A stretch of DNA of 63,602 nucleotides, the filler included, from Octopus bimaculoides (taxonomy: Eukaryota): NCBI RefSeq assembly GCF_001194135.2. It is 6 parts of 5 records of this genome, joined end to end, with 100 filler letters (N's around TTAATTAATTAA, not from the genome) between each part and the next. Parts side by side here need not be neighbours in the genome. Positions count along the whole stretch, not along the records: positions 36,264 to 49,549 come from NC_069002.1; positions 49,650 to 52,646 come from NC_068986.1; 4 more parts are not named here. One strand, 5' to 3'. This document shows, one piece after another, positions 38,253-51,712 of the stretch (positions are counted from its first letter, which is position 1; each line of letters begins with the position of its first letter). The notes under the pieces were generated by a model. The model was given only the letters and a program-made list of their open reading frames with translations, was not told where the DNA came from and ran no database searches. A program made the translations under genes and the position numbers.

Positions 38253-39110
38253 CTTTCTGTAATAGGCACAAGGCCTGAAATTTGAGGGAGGGGTAAGTTG
38301 ATTGCATCGACTCCAGTACTTAACTGGCTTTTTTTTTTTATTGATCCCGAAAGGATGAAAGGTAAAGTCGACAGTGGCGGAATTTGAACTCAGAACGTAA
38401 AACCGGACGAAATACCATTAAGCATTTTGCCCAGCGCTGTAACGATTCTGCCAGCTCGCCGCCTTACTATAATGATAATAATGGTTTCAAATTTTGGTAC
38501 AAGGCCAGCAATTTCGGGAGAGGATTAAGTCGATTAAGTCGACCCCAGCGCTCAACTGGTACTTAAGTTATCGACTTCGAAAAGATGAAAGACAAAGTCG
38601 TCCTCGGTGGAATTTTAACTCAGAATATAACGACGGACGAAATGCCGTTAAGCATTTCGCCTGGCGTGCTAACGATTTTGCCACAAGGGCAGCAATCTTG
38701 AGGGAGGGGATGAGTCAATTATATCGACCCCAGTGTTCAACTGGTACTTATTTCATCGACCCCGAAAGGATGAAGATAAAGTCGACCTCGGCGGAATTTG
38801 AACTTAGAACGTAAAGACGGACGAAATATCTCTAAACATTTCACCCAGCGCGCTAACGATTATCAATAATAATAATAATAATGGTTACAAATGTTGGCAC
38901 TAGGCCAGCAAGTACGGGGGATGGGGTAAGTAATCAATTAATATTTATTTTATCGACTCTGAAAGGATGAAAGGCATAAAATAAGTACCAGGCAAAGAAA
39001 TATGAAAGGCAAATTCGACTACGACGAAATCCGAACTCAGAACATGGACCCCAATGAAACACCGCTGAACCTTCTGTTCATCGGCGTGCTAACGAGTGTA
39101 CTAGCCGAAA
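38240..39110 (-). mobile_element. Head-to-tail array of about four family A SINEs
   Basis: The core 'cgaaaggatgaaagg-aaagtcgac...gaatttgaactcagaac' recurs four times, separated by (AAT)n or tail segments. Confidence 0.85.
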
Positions 39111-40689
39111 GCCAGTAATGGTGGTGGGGAGTTTGGGTGATGTTTTTCGTTTTTTTTCTTCTTATTTTTAATTACAATAGCTATCTTGTTTACTCGAGTA
39201 TACTGCGAGAGAAATTTAATATGAAACTTCAAGGTCAAAACTGGTAGGGAAAGCCATTATGGCGGAGTGTAAAAGAAACGAGGATGAAATGCATTACAAA
39301 TGTTTAGGGAGGGAAAATGTGGGATTGGATTGCATCTCAGTAGAGTAAATATGGTTTATAGAAGAGATATAGATAGATAGATAGATATTAAGAAACATAG
39401 ACAGATATTTAGATAGACAGATATTAAGATAGACAGATATTTAGATAGATAGACAGACATTTAGAGAGATAGGTAGACATTTAGATAGATAGNNNNNNNN
39501 NNCCACGCAGTGGGTCTGAACCCGGAACCATGTGGTTGTTAAGCAAGCTACTATATTTCATAAATATTTGCCACAAAGGAATTACAAAGAGGGGACAAAC
39601 AAGGACAGACAAACATCTGCGCCTATAGATAGACATAGATAGAGAGGCGGAAGACGGATAGACAGACAGACAGACAGATAAGACAGAAAAATAGACAAAT
39701 TTGAAACTGTTAAAATACAGTTTGTACTATAGTTCCCAAGTGCGTATAAAGTATACATATCTGTGTGGTTACTTGTGTGTGCGCGCGTGTGTTTATCTCT
39801 GTATGTATGCGTTTATCTGTGCGTGTGCGCGTTAGTTTGTTAAATTCTGTTTGTGTCACATGACACTCCTAGGTCGTAAATATATTCCAGTGTTCTCACA
39901 CGCTTTGCTTTGTTTGCCCGAAACTTCAGTGATTCCCTTCGTAATCATCACGTGAATGATGGAGATATGGCGGCAAACTGCTGTCGATGTTGTTCATGTT
40001 ATCGTCGTCGTAGTCATTTTCTTTTAGCCCCAGGTCAACCCCGACCCAGTAGACTTATGATCAAAGCTTTCACCTTTTTTTCATTAAAATTTTTTTTTAT
40101 TTTACTTGTTTTGGTCATAGAACTGCGGCCATACTGGGGTACCACCTTNNNNNNNNNNNNNNNNNNNNNNNNNNNNNNNNNNNNNNNNNNNNNNNNNNNN
40201 NNNNNNNNNNNNNNNNNNNNNNNNNNNNNNNNNNNNNNNNNNNNNNNNNNNNNNNNNNNNNNNNNNNNNNNNNNNNNNNNNNNNNNNNNNNNNNNNNNNN
40301 NNNNNNNNNNNNNNNNNNNNNNNNNNNNNNNNNNNNNNNNNNNNNNNNNNNNNNNNNNNNNNNNNNNNNNNNNNNNNNNNNNNNNNNNNNNNNNNNNNNN
40401 NNNNNNNNNNNNNNNNNNNNTATATAAATTATATATTAAATATCAAATGATTCATAGTATATATAAATTAGTAAAATATAAAATATTTATTTATACATAA
40501 AAATAGGGGTGGGGGCGCTGAGAGTATTATGTTGCCATGAGGTGAGGGGGGGGCCCAAAAAGTTTGAGAACATCTGGTTTAGTTGAACAAATCGCCCCCA
40601 ATACGTTTTTAAAGGGTCTTCTTATATTCTATCCGTAAAGAAATCATGAGCTGTAAAGCGATGGGGTTTGGGAAACACACACACACACA

Positions 40690-40860
40690 CATTTATACAT
40701 GCACACACGACAGGTCTCCACACAATTTCCGTCTACCAAATTCCCTTACAAGGCATTGGTAAGGTTGGGACCTTAGTAAAAGATACTTGCTCAAGGTGCT
40801 GAGCAATGGGACCGAACTTGAAACCACGTGGTCACAAAGCAAACTTCTTAACCATATAAC
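40690..40860 (-). mobile_element. Family B SINE 5' half
   Basis: 'tttccgtctaccaaattc...acttgctcaaggtgc...accacgtggt'. Confidence 0.7.
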
Positions 40861-41001
40861 TAAGCCTTTTCTTTACTTCTTTTTCTTTTTAAAATTATCT
40901 GCAATTTCATCCAGTGAATCCTTCTCGTTGTTTGAAGACTAAGGAATAATTCGAGTGAGAAGTTGCTACTATTTCTAGCAGGTCACCCCGAACAGGTAGA
41001 A

Positions 41002-41286
41002 GAGTAGTTCTCAACCATTTTTTTTGTTTGTTTTACCTATGGACCCATTTGGTTTCTGCTTTACTCAAGTGGATCTTCATAACCATTTGATGGTTTTAAA
41101 ACCATATTATATTTTTATAGTTAAACATTAAGAACTGTATAACAAAAATGTTAAAATATTTTGTGTACCTTAGAAGTATAAACCAAAGTATTGCAGATAA
41201 ACTTTAACAACAAAAACTTATATTGACCCCCACAAGGGTCGTGTGGACCCCACCAAGGTTATATGGAACGCGACTGAGAACCATTG
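41002..41286. mobile_element. hAT-Charlie-type MITE, same family as 28546-28798, opposite orientation
   Basis: Ends GAGTAGTTCTCAACC / CTGAGAACCATTG; internal 'acctatggacccatttggtttctgctttactc' matches the reverse complement of 28735-28775. TSD not confirmed. Confidence 0.7.
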
Positions 41287-42828
41287 ATGCAGACGCCCGT
41301 ACGATGGCTCCTTGTCACAGTTGCAGCTGTTGCTGTTGTTTAGTGTATCGCTTCAGTAATACACTGTTCGTGTCCATCGTATCAATTCCATTCAGCCTAC
41401 ACCCAAGAAATACGAACCAAACTCCAGTTTATATATTTATTCATTTCTTTAAAATGTAAGCAATTTAATCTTGCTTTAACAAACACCTAAGTTTTTGAGT
41501 TTGCTGGTCATATCTCATTCTCTCTGGTTTTTCTAATCACAGACTTTCTTTGTTTTATTTAGCAATACATTCATCTCCCCCCCCCCCACAACGTCTCTTT
41601 CCCCATCCTAAATTCTTCTTCGCCTCTTTCTCTCCTCTTCCTACTCCTCTACTTCTATCTTCATTACTGCAACACCACTCCTATCTTTCTTTGTTTTAAG
41701 CAACTGACTTCTTTATACTCGTCGTCTGCCTTCCAACAACCCTGCTCTCTTGCTTTCTCTCTCATTCATTTCGTTCCTCCCCTATCACTATTGTTTTATA
41801 CACCTGACGTCTCTCTTACACATATTCACTTCTGGTTTCTTTTTCTCTTTGCTTTCTCCTACGTTAGCACATTTTAGTTTCACATACAGACACACAACCT
41901 CACTCTCTAACTTTTTCAGTGATTCTTTTTCTGCCCTTATTCTTCATTTTCTCTTTTTTATTCTTTATCTTCATCATTCTCCATCTCTTTATCTCTGAAT
42001 ATTTTCTTTCAGCCTCTCTTTCAATTTCAACCCCCTCCTCCTCCTCCTCCTCTCGCATCATCTTTCTCATCTTTTGCCCCTCCTTCCATCTGCAATCATC
42101 CACCTTACCCAAGCCTGCTTTCCTTTCACCAAGTCTGTTCTCGTGTTCACATTCCACACACGTTACATGCCAGTCACTGCTGCCGCTTGGATAAAGAAAC
42201 ACTAAATCCGCCATTTTCTTTTTACAACAAATATCTTTTCTTTAAAAAAAAAAAACACAACTTTTTTCTAAAACTACTTTCATTGCCCTCATCTCTTGAA
42301 ATGCCAATTACATAGACTTTGTTTTTAAAAAATCGATCTCTGTTCTATCACCTCATTCTAGTCAATTGTTTCTTCTTTTTCTAGAACTGTGGAATTCGGT
42401 CTCATTTCCATCCATTTACATCACGCATCTTTTACAATTAGTATTTCAAATATCCTCCGTCCATCAATTTTACCACCACAGCCAAACCGCCCTCCTTCTC
42501 CTTCACTCCAGCATCATCGTGACTTAGATTCAATCCCCAGAGGAAGTCAGTTCACTCCATCCTATTACAACTATAAGACTCATGAGATTAAGTCTGTTAG
42601 TTCTCTCTCAGGACTTTGCGTCGAGTCAAGTCCTGAATAATTATAAATGATAATTTTTATAGTTATAACAATAATAGTTGTTTAATATATTTCCCACAAG
42701 GACCAATACGTGAAATCAAAGGTAATATAAGACGTGTGATGAGAGACGGGCAAAGAAATCGTAAAAGAATAAAATATCTTATAATATTAAAGTTTTGATA
42801 AAATATAGATACGTGATATAATATATAA

Positions 42829-43056
42829 GGCGGCGAGCTGGCAGAAACGTTAGCACGCCGGGCGAAATGCTTAGCGGTATTTCGTCAGCCTCTACGTTCT
42901 GAGTTCAAATTCCGCCAAGGTTGACTTTGCCTTTCATCCTTTCGGGGTCGATAAATTAAGTACCAGTTACGCACTGAGGTCGATGTAATCGACTTAATCC
43001 CTTTGTCTGTCCTTGTTTGTCCATTCTATGTTTAGCCCCTTGTGGGCAATAAAGAA
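42829..43056 (+). mobile_element. Near-intact family A SINE
   Basis: GGCGGCGAGCTGGCAGAAACGTTAG...GAGTTCAAATTCC...core...'tttagccccttgtgggcaataaagaa'. Confidence 0.9.
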
Positions 43057-44477
43057 TTGGATATAATATATAAAACGNNNNNNNNNNNNNNNNNNNNNNN
43101 NNNNNNNNNNNNNNNNNNNNNNNNNNNNNNNNNNNNNNNNNNNNNNNNNNNNNNNNNNNNNNNNNNNNNNNNNNNNNNNNNNNNNNNNNNNNNNNNNNNN
43201 NNNNNNNNNNNNNNNNNNNNNNNNNNNNNNNNNNNNNNNNNNNNNNNNNNNNNNNNNNNNNNNNNNNNNNNNNNNNNNNNNNNNNNNNNNNNNNNNNNNN
43301 NNNNNNNNNNNNNNNNNNNNNNNNNNNNNNNNNNNNNNNNNNNNNNNNNNNNNNNNNNNNNNNNNNNNNNNNNNNNNNNNNNNNNNNNNNNNNNNNNNNN
43401 NNNNNNNNNNNNNNNNNNNNNNNNNNNNNNNNNNNNNNNNNNNNNNNNNNNNNNNNNNNNNNNNNNNNNNNNNNNNNNNNNNNNNNNNNNNNNNNNNNNN
43501 NNNNNNNNNNNNNNNNNNNNNNNNNNNNNNNNNNNNNNNNNNNNNNNNNNNNNNNNNNNNNNNNNNNNNNNNNNNNNNNNNNNNNNNNNNNNNNNNNNNN
43601 NNNNNNNNNNNNNNNNNNNNNNNNNNNNNNNNNNNNNNNNNNNNNNNNNNNNNNNNNNNNNNNNNNNNNNNNNNNNNNNNNNNNNNNNNNNNNNNNNNNN
43701 NNNNNNNNNNNNNNNNNNNNNNNNNNNNNNNNNNNNNNNNNNNNNNNNNNNNNNNNNNNNNNNNNNNNNNNNNNNNNNNNNNNNNNNNNNNNNNNNNNNN
43801 NNNNNNNNNNNNNNNNNNNNNNNNNNNNNNNNNNNNNNNNNNNNNNNNNNNNNAGAAAAAAATTAGTGAGATCAATTCGTTCGACTAAACTCTTCAAGGC
43901 GGTACCCCAGCATGGCCACAGTATAATGACAAACAAGAATATATAATATATATATTATAATAAATTAAATGGGGATATACAAATGACAATCCAATAATTT
44001 ACATTATAATATAACATAATATACGATGAATATAATATAACAATTATTTAATAACCCCCCCCCCCAAAAAAAAACCCAACAGTTTGTTTCGACTGATATA
44101 TAGAATCGTTCGGGTAGAAAGTAGTTCTACCCTCTTTCTATGGTAACCATACTGTATTTCAAAATACCCTCTCACTACTCAAGGTATTTTATTGCTCGGG
44201 TAGAAAGGCATCATAGCGTAGAATTGTAACTGGAATCTTGGAGGCTTTCATTGCCAGTGTCATATACGTTTAGTGGTTGCATATCCGATACCAGTGCTCT
44301 ACTGGTAGTTATTTTATCGACCCCGAAAGGATGGAAGGCAACGTTAACCTCAGCAGAATTTGAACTCAGAACGTAGAGGAGGATAAAATGCCGATTAATA
44401 ATGAAAAAAATACGTTTTCTCATGTTTTGAGTTCTGTTTTTATGGCCAAACTTACATCATAGATACATACACTATTT

Positions 44478-44708
44478 TGCTTGTTTCAGTCATTTGACTG
44501 CGACCATGTTGGAACCACCGCCTTTAGTCGAACAAATCAAATCAGGACTTATTCTTTGTAAGCCCAATACTTATTCTATCGGTCTTTGGTCGAACCGCTA
44601 AGTTACAGGGAACTAAACATACCAATATAGGTTATCAAGTGACGGTGGGGGAACAAACACAGACACATAAATATATATATATATATTTGTGTGTCTGAAA
44701 GAAGCCCG

Positions 44709-44774
<66 letters not shown>

Positions 44775-44925
44775 CGGGCTTCTTTCAGTTTCCATCTACC
44801 AAATCCAAAACGGGGCTTCGGTCGGCCCGAGGCTAACACTTGCCCAAGATGCCACGCAGTGGGACTGAGCCCGGAATCATGTGGTTGGAATCAAGTTTCT
44901 TACCACACAGCCATTCCTCCGCCTG
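44478..44925 (-). mobile_element. Full-length family B SINE with internal (TA)n
   Basis: Head near 44925, core 'cttgggcaagtg', tail 'ggtcgcagtcaaatgactgaaacaag'. Confidence 0.85.
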
Positions 44926-45769
44926 CATATACACATATTATATATCAAACAATAGTCATTGTATTCGATATGTGTTGATGTAGGAGTCTACTATGCCACT
45001 TCAGATACAGCATTGAATGCCATGGAGATATGGAAAAAATGTTAAACCTACAAAAAATACAATTGCTAAGAACGGATCGTTGCAGACTGGAGCAGAGATT
45101 GGAGCAGTCCTGGTGGCGTCTAACTCTCTCTTTGCCTTGTATACGGTAAATTGGATAATCTAATTTAGATCTTAGCAGTAAGCTTAACCTCTTAAATACT
45201 TTTATCTTTTGCTTAATATTCCAAGGCTTACTGAGAACAAATTCCATAATGATCAATCAAGATTATTTCTATTTATTTATTTTCCATTCATTCTGCTTAT
45301 TTAACTACCTTGCTGCTAGTCTACCTGTGCTACCTACTATATATCCTACCTTCGTACCTAGCTGTCTATCCTACCTACCTACCGATCTACCTATATTCCT
45401 ATCACGGTGGTGCACCAGCATGACCGCAGCCACTTGGCTGAAACACATAAATAAATAAATAAAATATCAACGTACTTAGCTGTCTCTATCGCAACTACCT
45501 ACCCACCAAACAACCAAACTGCTTTTCAAACCGCTTACTTACCCACCTATCTCTCTCCACACATAACTATCAACTATCTTACTCATTTCTAAATGTTCTT
45601 TCCTGCCCTCCTACCTACCAAGCAGTTTACTAACCCACCTCTCTTAGCTTTCTATCTATTGCCCAACTGACCTACCTTCTTATCTATCCCCACACCTATT
45701 TGTCTACCCATCCATCCACTACCCTCTCGGTACTAGATATATAAAAGTAACACCCAACACCAGGTAGGC

Positions 45770-45950
45770 TATAACCGGATTGCCATACCTATCGCAATTT
45801 CCTAATTACTCATTTTTGCCAAGTGGACTAGAGCGACGTGGAAGTGTTTTGCACAAGAACACGACACATTGCTCGGTTCGGGAATCGAACCCACAATCTT
45901 TGATCAGCAGTGCAACCCCCCCCCCTAACCACTAAGCCACGCGGCTCCAC
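45770..45950 (-). mobile_element. Family D SINE
   Basis: 'gaagtgttttgcacaagaacacgac...gggaatcgaaccc...cctaaccactaagccacgcg' is homologous to 4845-4948. Confidence 0.7.
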
Positions 45951-48265
45951 TAATATATATATATATATATATATATACCAAAAACACGCATACAAACCTG
46001 CCCACCTAACTAACGTCTGTCTAAATCTCTAGTACCAGCCTGAAACTAACCACATCCAGATTTATTTTCATCACTGTCTACCCGTTTATCCACCTACCTT
46101 CTGCCTGTTTCCCCACCTCGCAAGTACCTGTTATGCACCNNNNNNNNNNNNNNNNNNNNNNNNNNNNNNNNNNNNNNNNNNNNNNNNNNNNNNNNNNNNN
46201 NNNNNNNNNNNNNNNNNNNNNNNNNNNNNNNNNNNNNNNNNNNNNNNNNNNNNNNNNNNNNNNNNNNNNNNNNNNNNNNNNNNNNNNNNNNNNNNNNNNN
46301 NNNNNNNNNNNNNNNNNNNNNNNNNNNNNNNNNNNNNNNNNNNNNNNNNNNNNNNNNNNNNNNNNNNNNNNNNNNNNNNNNNNNNNNNNNNNNNNNNNNN
46401 NNNNNNNNNNNNNNNNNNNNNNNNNNNNNNNNNNNNNGTACCAGTTGCGTACTGGGGTCGATAAATTAAGTACCAGTTGCGTACTGGGGTCGATAAATTA
46501 AGTACCAGTTGCGTACCAGTACGCATGATCGACTGGCCCCCTCCCCAAAAATTTCGGGCCTTGTACCTAGAGTAGAAAAGAATATATATCGGCTTACACA
46601 ATATAAAAAAAAAAAATAAATCATTCTACATTTAGTTTTGTTCGTTTGTTTTTCTATTTTAGTCGTTACATTTTTAAAAATCATTTCTATCATTAAAAAA
46701 AAAATCCTAACAGATTTGTAAACCTCACGAGTCGTTGATACATTTACGTGCGTATCTTGTCGATATAAATGGATATATAAGTATACACACACACACACAC
46801 ACACGCACACAGATATGGTTACATACACATCGCATGCAAGAACATTAATAGTACGTTATCTGTTAGCGAATTTAATTCGACATATATTGAAAGATGCTAC
46901 GTTAATACTTATATCTCTACAATATGTTGTACAGATATTTCCTTTCGCGTTCTTAAGGCTGTGATTTTGATGTTTTCTACAAAATTCAACGAAACCGTAG
47001 TTTCACACATGCATAATTTTTGTACGAGTGGAAAATTCCTCTTAGTGAGATAAGATTTCGATCTGAAGGTTGAAGATATGCATTTACGACGACTTTAAAT
47101 CTTGAATGCAGTATTATTAGCACTCCAGAAGTTACTTAAACTGAAATTTGGAGAAAAGTATATTTAAACTTGTGTCTTTGTATGAAATTTCACTTAGTGA
47201 ATAAATTCCAATCTGCAGATAGATATGCTGGAAAGTTCCTGGCTTTAAGGGTATCACGAAAAGTTTGAGCTGTTATCTTTACAAGAGAGGGAATTAATTT
47301 CCTTCGATACTACATTGTGTCAAGCGAACTACAACCTCCAGTTTTACGTGATAAGCTTCCCTCCGTTTTCAAGTGCGTGGTGGAAAAGATTGAAAATTCT
47401 CCGTCAGATCTGATATAAAATAAAAAACTTACGTGTCCGCCCTTTTTACTTTTTAACATTATCCACCCAAGGAACAATTTGATGGGCCTTGGTACGTTAA
47501 TGACCTGCACCTACAAAGACAGGTGTAGAAAAACTGACCGAACGATCTTTGTCTTCCACAGTCTAAAATTTGCAAAACCTGCATTTCAGAAAGATTAAGG
47601 GGTCAGAAAATTTACTTTTAGAAATTCAGACGGCGAAACACACTTATCATATGCAAAAAAAAATCAGGAGATACTCTACAAATAGGTACGTATAGATGCG
47701 GCGTAATGAGAATTATGCTATTGAGAGAATTCACAAGATTGTTTTTTTTGTGTGTGTGTGTGTGTGTGTGTTCTCATTATGGAAATTACGTGATGTCAGT
47801 GTCGTCATTTTCGGTCAAATTACTTTCAATTTCTAACCCCCTAAACTGCATTCTAAACTACTCCAGTCTTATATTAAAATTCAGAAAACAGTGGTATTTT
47901 CGTACCGGAAATTTCTCTTAGTTTGTTAAAGTTTCGATCTGAAGGCAGAAAATATGTTTCTACAACGAGTTTACTCTAGAGCGAAGTGTTAACTCTATGA
48001 AATCACAGTTGGTCTTTAATCAGAACCAAGTGTCCGCATCTGAATAGTTAGACAGACCGAAATGATTGATCGATTGACTGTTCCGAGACTGAACTTCTCC
48101 GGTGATTTATTACCTGTTTCCGACAATTATTTCTGACGAACTGAAGTAATGTAGAATGAAGTGCAGTATTAAGAAGAACCTCGAAACATCAGTAATGGAT
48201 GGTAAATTATTCTCTACGTCTATAAATTCTTGCTAGTTTTTCGTTAGTGTTTTCTCTCATCGTGT

Positions 48266-48315
<50 letters not shown>

Positions 48316-49232
48316 GCCCGTGCCCTGTACTGATATATGCCGGCAAAGGACATAAGCAACGGCGAGAAAATGGAAAGGACCAGTGNNNNNNNNNNNNNNN
48401 NNNNNNNNNNNNNNNNNNNNNNNNNNNNNNNNNNNNNNNNNNNNNNNNNNNNNNNNNNNNNNNNNNNNNNNNNNNNNNNNNNNNNNNNNNNNNNNNNNNN
48501 NNNNNNNNNNNNNNNNNNNNNNNNNNNNNNNNNNNNNNNNNNNNNNNNNNNNNNNNNNNNNNNNNNNNNNNNNNNNNNNNNNNNNNNNNNNNNNNNNNNN
48601 NNNNNNNNNNNNNNNNNNNNNNNNNNNNNNNNNNNNNNNNNNNNNNNNNNNNNNNNNNNNNNNNNNNNNNNNNNNNNNNNNNNNNNNNNNNNNNNNNNNN
48701 NNNNNNNNNNNNNNNNNNNNNNNNNNNNNNNNNNNNNNNNNNNNNNNNNNNNNNNNNNNNNNNNNNNNNNNNNNNNNNNNNNNNNNNNNNNNNNNNNNNN
48801 NNNNNNNNNNNNNNNNNNNNNNNNNNNNNNNNNNNNNNNNNNNNNNNNNNNNNNNNNNNNNNNNNNNNNNNNNNNNNNNNNNNNNNNNNNNNNNNNNNNN
48901 NNNNNNNNNNNNNNNNNNNNNNNNNNNNNNNNNNNNNNNNNNNNNNNNNNNNNNNNNNNNNNNNNNNNNNNNNCAAGGAATAATTTATGGATTTCTTTTT
49001 TTTTTTAAGAAGACTAAGAGAAAAAGATGTTTTATATGACACATTCTACCAGTGTTCCAAGTTTCAAAGTGTTTCGTTAATGAAAAATGTGGCCCCCGTT
49101 TTAAAAAAGATCCGACGTTATTGTTGACTTATTGCGAAGGTAATTACAAAACAAATAAATCGCTACTTTTTTTCTCCTAAATTAATACATTAACGAGATA
49201 TTACTATTTGTGAGGCCCGCCCCACAAAAAAG

Positions 49233-49545
49233 GCATGGCTGTGTGCTAAGAAGCTTGCCTCCCAACCACATGGTTCCGGGTTCAGTCCCACTGCGTGGCA
49301 CCTTGGACAGGTGTCTTCTACTATAGCTTTGTGAGTGGATTTGGTAGACGGAAACTAGAAAAAGCCCGCCGTATATATATGTATGTGTGTGTGTTTGTAT
49401 GTGTATATTTGTCCCCTCCCACCGCTTGACAACCGGTGTTGGTGTGCTTACGTTCCCGTAACTTAGCGGTTCGTCAAGAGGTCGATAGAATAAGTACCAA
49501 GATTAAAAATAGAATAGTACTGGGGTGGATTCTTCAATGCAGTGC
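49233..49545 (+). mobile_element. Family B SINE, near full length
   Basis: 'ggcatggctgtgtgctaagaagcttgcctcccaaccacatggttccgggttcagtccc...aacttagcggttcg...gaataagtac'. Confidence 0.85.
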
Positions 49546-49649
49546 TACANNNNNNNNNNNNNNNNNNNNNNNNNNNNNNNNNNNNNNNNNNNNTTAATTA
49601 ATTAANNNNNNNNNNNNNNNNNNNNNNNNNNNNNNNNNNNNNNNNNNNN

Positions 49650-50365
49650 TGGGAGAATTCATCTCTCTGCCAGAGATTTGGAAACGACATGCTGTATTGC
49701 TTGGCATTCGTGCCGGAAGCTCCAATACGAACATTTCAGAGTGTTTTGGTATCAATCTGAGGACATGTACCGAGAGTGATAAAAATTAAACATCCAGTCA
49801 ACATCATAGTATTTGGAATGATCACAAGTGATGGCGAAGTTATGCCTCCATTCCTCTTCCCACACAGCCTCAGACTCAAGACAGAGGCCTACATCAAGTG
49901 CCTTGAGGACGTAGTGCTGCCCTGGGTCAAGAAGGTGGTTGCTGGAAGAACCTATGTCTGGCAACAGGACCCTGCACAATGCCACGCAAACAGGAGCACC
50001 CAATCATGGCTGTCATACAATTTCTGCGCCCAAATCATCCCGAACATCTGGCCACCTAACTCCCTAGACTGCATCTCCCTTGATTATTATATGTGGGGCT
50101 CAGTTAAGCGAGAGATCACGAAAACTCCTTGTAACACCAAAGATGAACTGAAGACAAAGATTATGGCAGCATTCATCAACTTAAAGAAGGAGATCGTCCC
50201 GAAGAGTTGCGGAAACTCGATCAATGGCGATTTTATTGAATAAATTTACTCTTCAGTATTTCAAGATATTTTTATGTAATTTTAGTAAATGTATCTATTA
50301 AAATGAGATGTCAGTGTTATTTTCATGTTTGCGTAATTTAGACGACAATTCATTCACTGCACCTT
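49650..50365 (+). mobile_element. maT/DD37D (Bmmar1-like) transposon, internal-deletion derivative
   Basis: ORF 49776-50243 'VWQQD...WPPNSLDCISLDY': 37 residues between the second and third catalytic Asp by manual count. A short N-terminal HTH-like piece 'EIWKRHAVLLGIRAGSSNTNISECFGINLRT' is joined just upstream. Confidence 0.85.
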
Positions 50366-50853
50366 NNNNNNNNNNNNNNNNNNNNNNNNNNNNNNNNNNN
50401 NNNNNNNNNNNNNNNNNNNNNNNNNNNNNNNNNNNNNNNNNNNNNNNNNNNNNNNNNNNNNNNNNNNNNNNNNNNNNNNNNNNNNNNNNNNNNNNNNNNN
50501 NNNNNNNNNNNNNNNNNNNNNNNNNNNNNNNNNNNNNNNNNNNNNNNNNNNNNNNNNNNNNNNNNNNNNNNNNNNNNNNNNNNNNNNNNNNNNNNNNNNN
50601 NNNNNNNNNNNNNNNNNNNNNNNNNNNNNNNNNNNNNNTATATATAAGTGTATATATATATGTATATGTACATATAATTATATGTATATATATGTGTGTG
50701 TGTATGTATATGTGTGTAGTATGTATTGAACGTATGTGTGTATGTATGTATATATGTGTGTATCTCTATATGAGTACATGTGTGTGTGAAAATGTATTTT
50801 AGAACTTTTTGCAACTTGGACATTTGTTGATAAAAGAGTAGCGTTTGTATATA

Positions 50854-51395
50854 CGAGGGACGGCTGAAATGTTCATAGGCTGACCAAGATACTCTCAGTG
50901 ATTGTAACCAAATGAGGTTTACTTGTCGACATTGTCCGCTTGCGACCCACACACGCCTTCTATCATTTTTGCTGTGCTTGAATTCCATTGGTAAAGAATC
51001 TTTCATCCGGTTAGTCTAAAAAATTCAACAGCCGATATGACGTTATCTCCATTGCGATACTGCTTCCCAATCAAGTGTTTTTCACGTTGGGGAACAGATG
51101 ATAATCAGATATGGCCAAACCGGAAGAATAAGGATGGTGATGAAGCAATTCAAAGCTACAGTGACGTACAATAGGCACTGAAATTAAGGGCTCGTGTACT
51201 AGAGCATTGTCCTGATGAAAAACAGACCTCTTTCGTCAGTTTTCTTGGGTGTTTGGTCTTGATAGCCTTTCGTAACCACCTCAGAAATTTGGCATAACAC
51301 TCCCCATTGATGGTGTGACCCTTTTGAAAATAGTCCATAAACACAATGCATTTTGCATCCCAAAAGCCCTACGCAACAGATGAAACGACCTTGTA
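50854..51395 (-). mobile_element. mariner (DD34D) transposon 3' half with right TIR
   Basis: 'FWDAKCIVFMDYFQKGHTING' and 'FHQDNALVH...HPYSSGLAISDYHLFP', with 34 residues between the Asps. TA|CGAGGG terminus at 50852-50859. Confidence 0.85.
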
Positions 51396-51608
51396 TGTAT
51401 AAATGAATGTATGTATGTATGTATGTATGTATCTACGTATGTATGTGTATATATATGTGTGTATGTGTACATGTATATACACACTCACTCACACACATAC
51501 ACACACACACACACCTTCCATAGAAGCTTACGTCCATATTCACTAAAATGATATATAATACAATATGTATGCTTATTTTAATGTATCCATCTTAATTCTG
51601 TTTGAACG

Positions 51609-51639
<31 letters not shown>

Positions 51640-51672
51640 CTTTATTTAAAAGCAGCAGAAATATAACAAAAG

Positions 51673-51712
51673 ACTGTTACTCTGAGTTTCACGTTCCCGT
51701 TCATCGGACAGT
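51673..51712 (-). ncRNA. Minimal hammerhead motif identical to 15645-15684
   Basis: Exact reverse complement over 40 nt; the roughly 80-nt shared block including 3' flank differs at one position. Confidence 0.8.

Noticed and set aside
38240-39110. CRISPR-like regularly repeated units
   Set aside because: Eukaryotic SINE copies, with no constant repeat and unique spacer pattern and no cas genes.
42385-42640. Pro/Ser-rich ORF after a polypyrimidine-AG, as a terminal exon
   Set aside because: Needs phase 2, so it is incompatible with direct joining to the phase-1 exon; no homology; lies in pyrimidine-rich low-complexity sequence.
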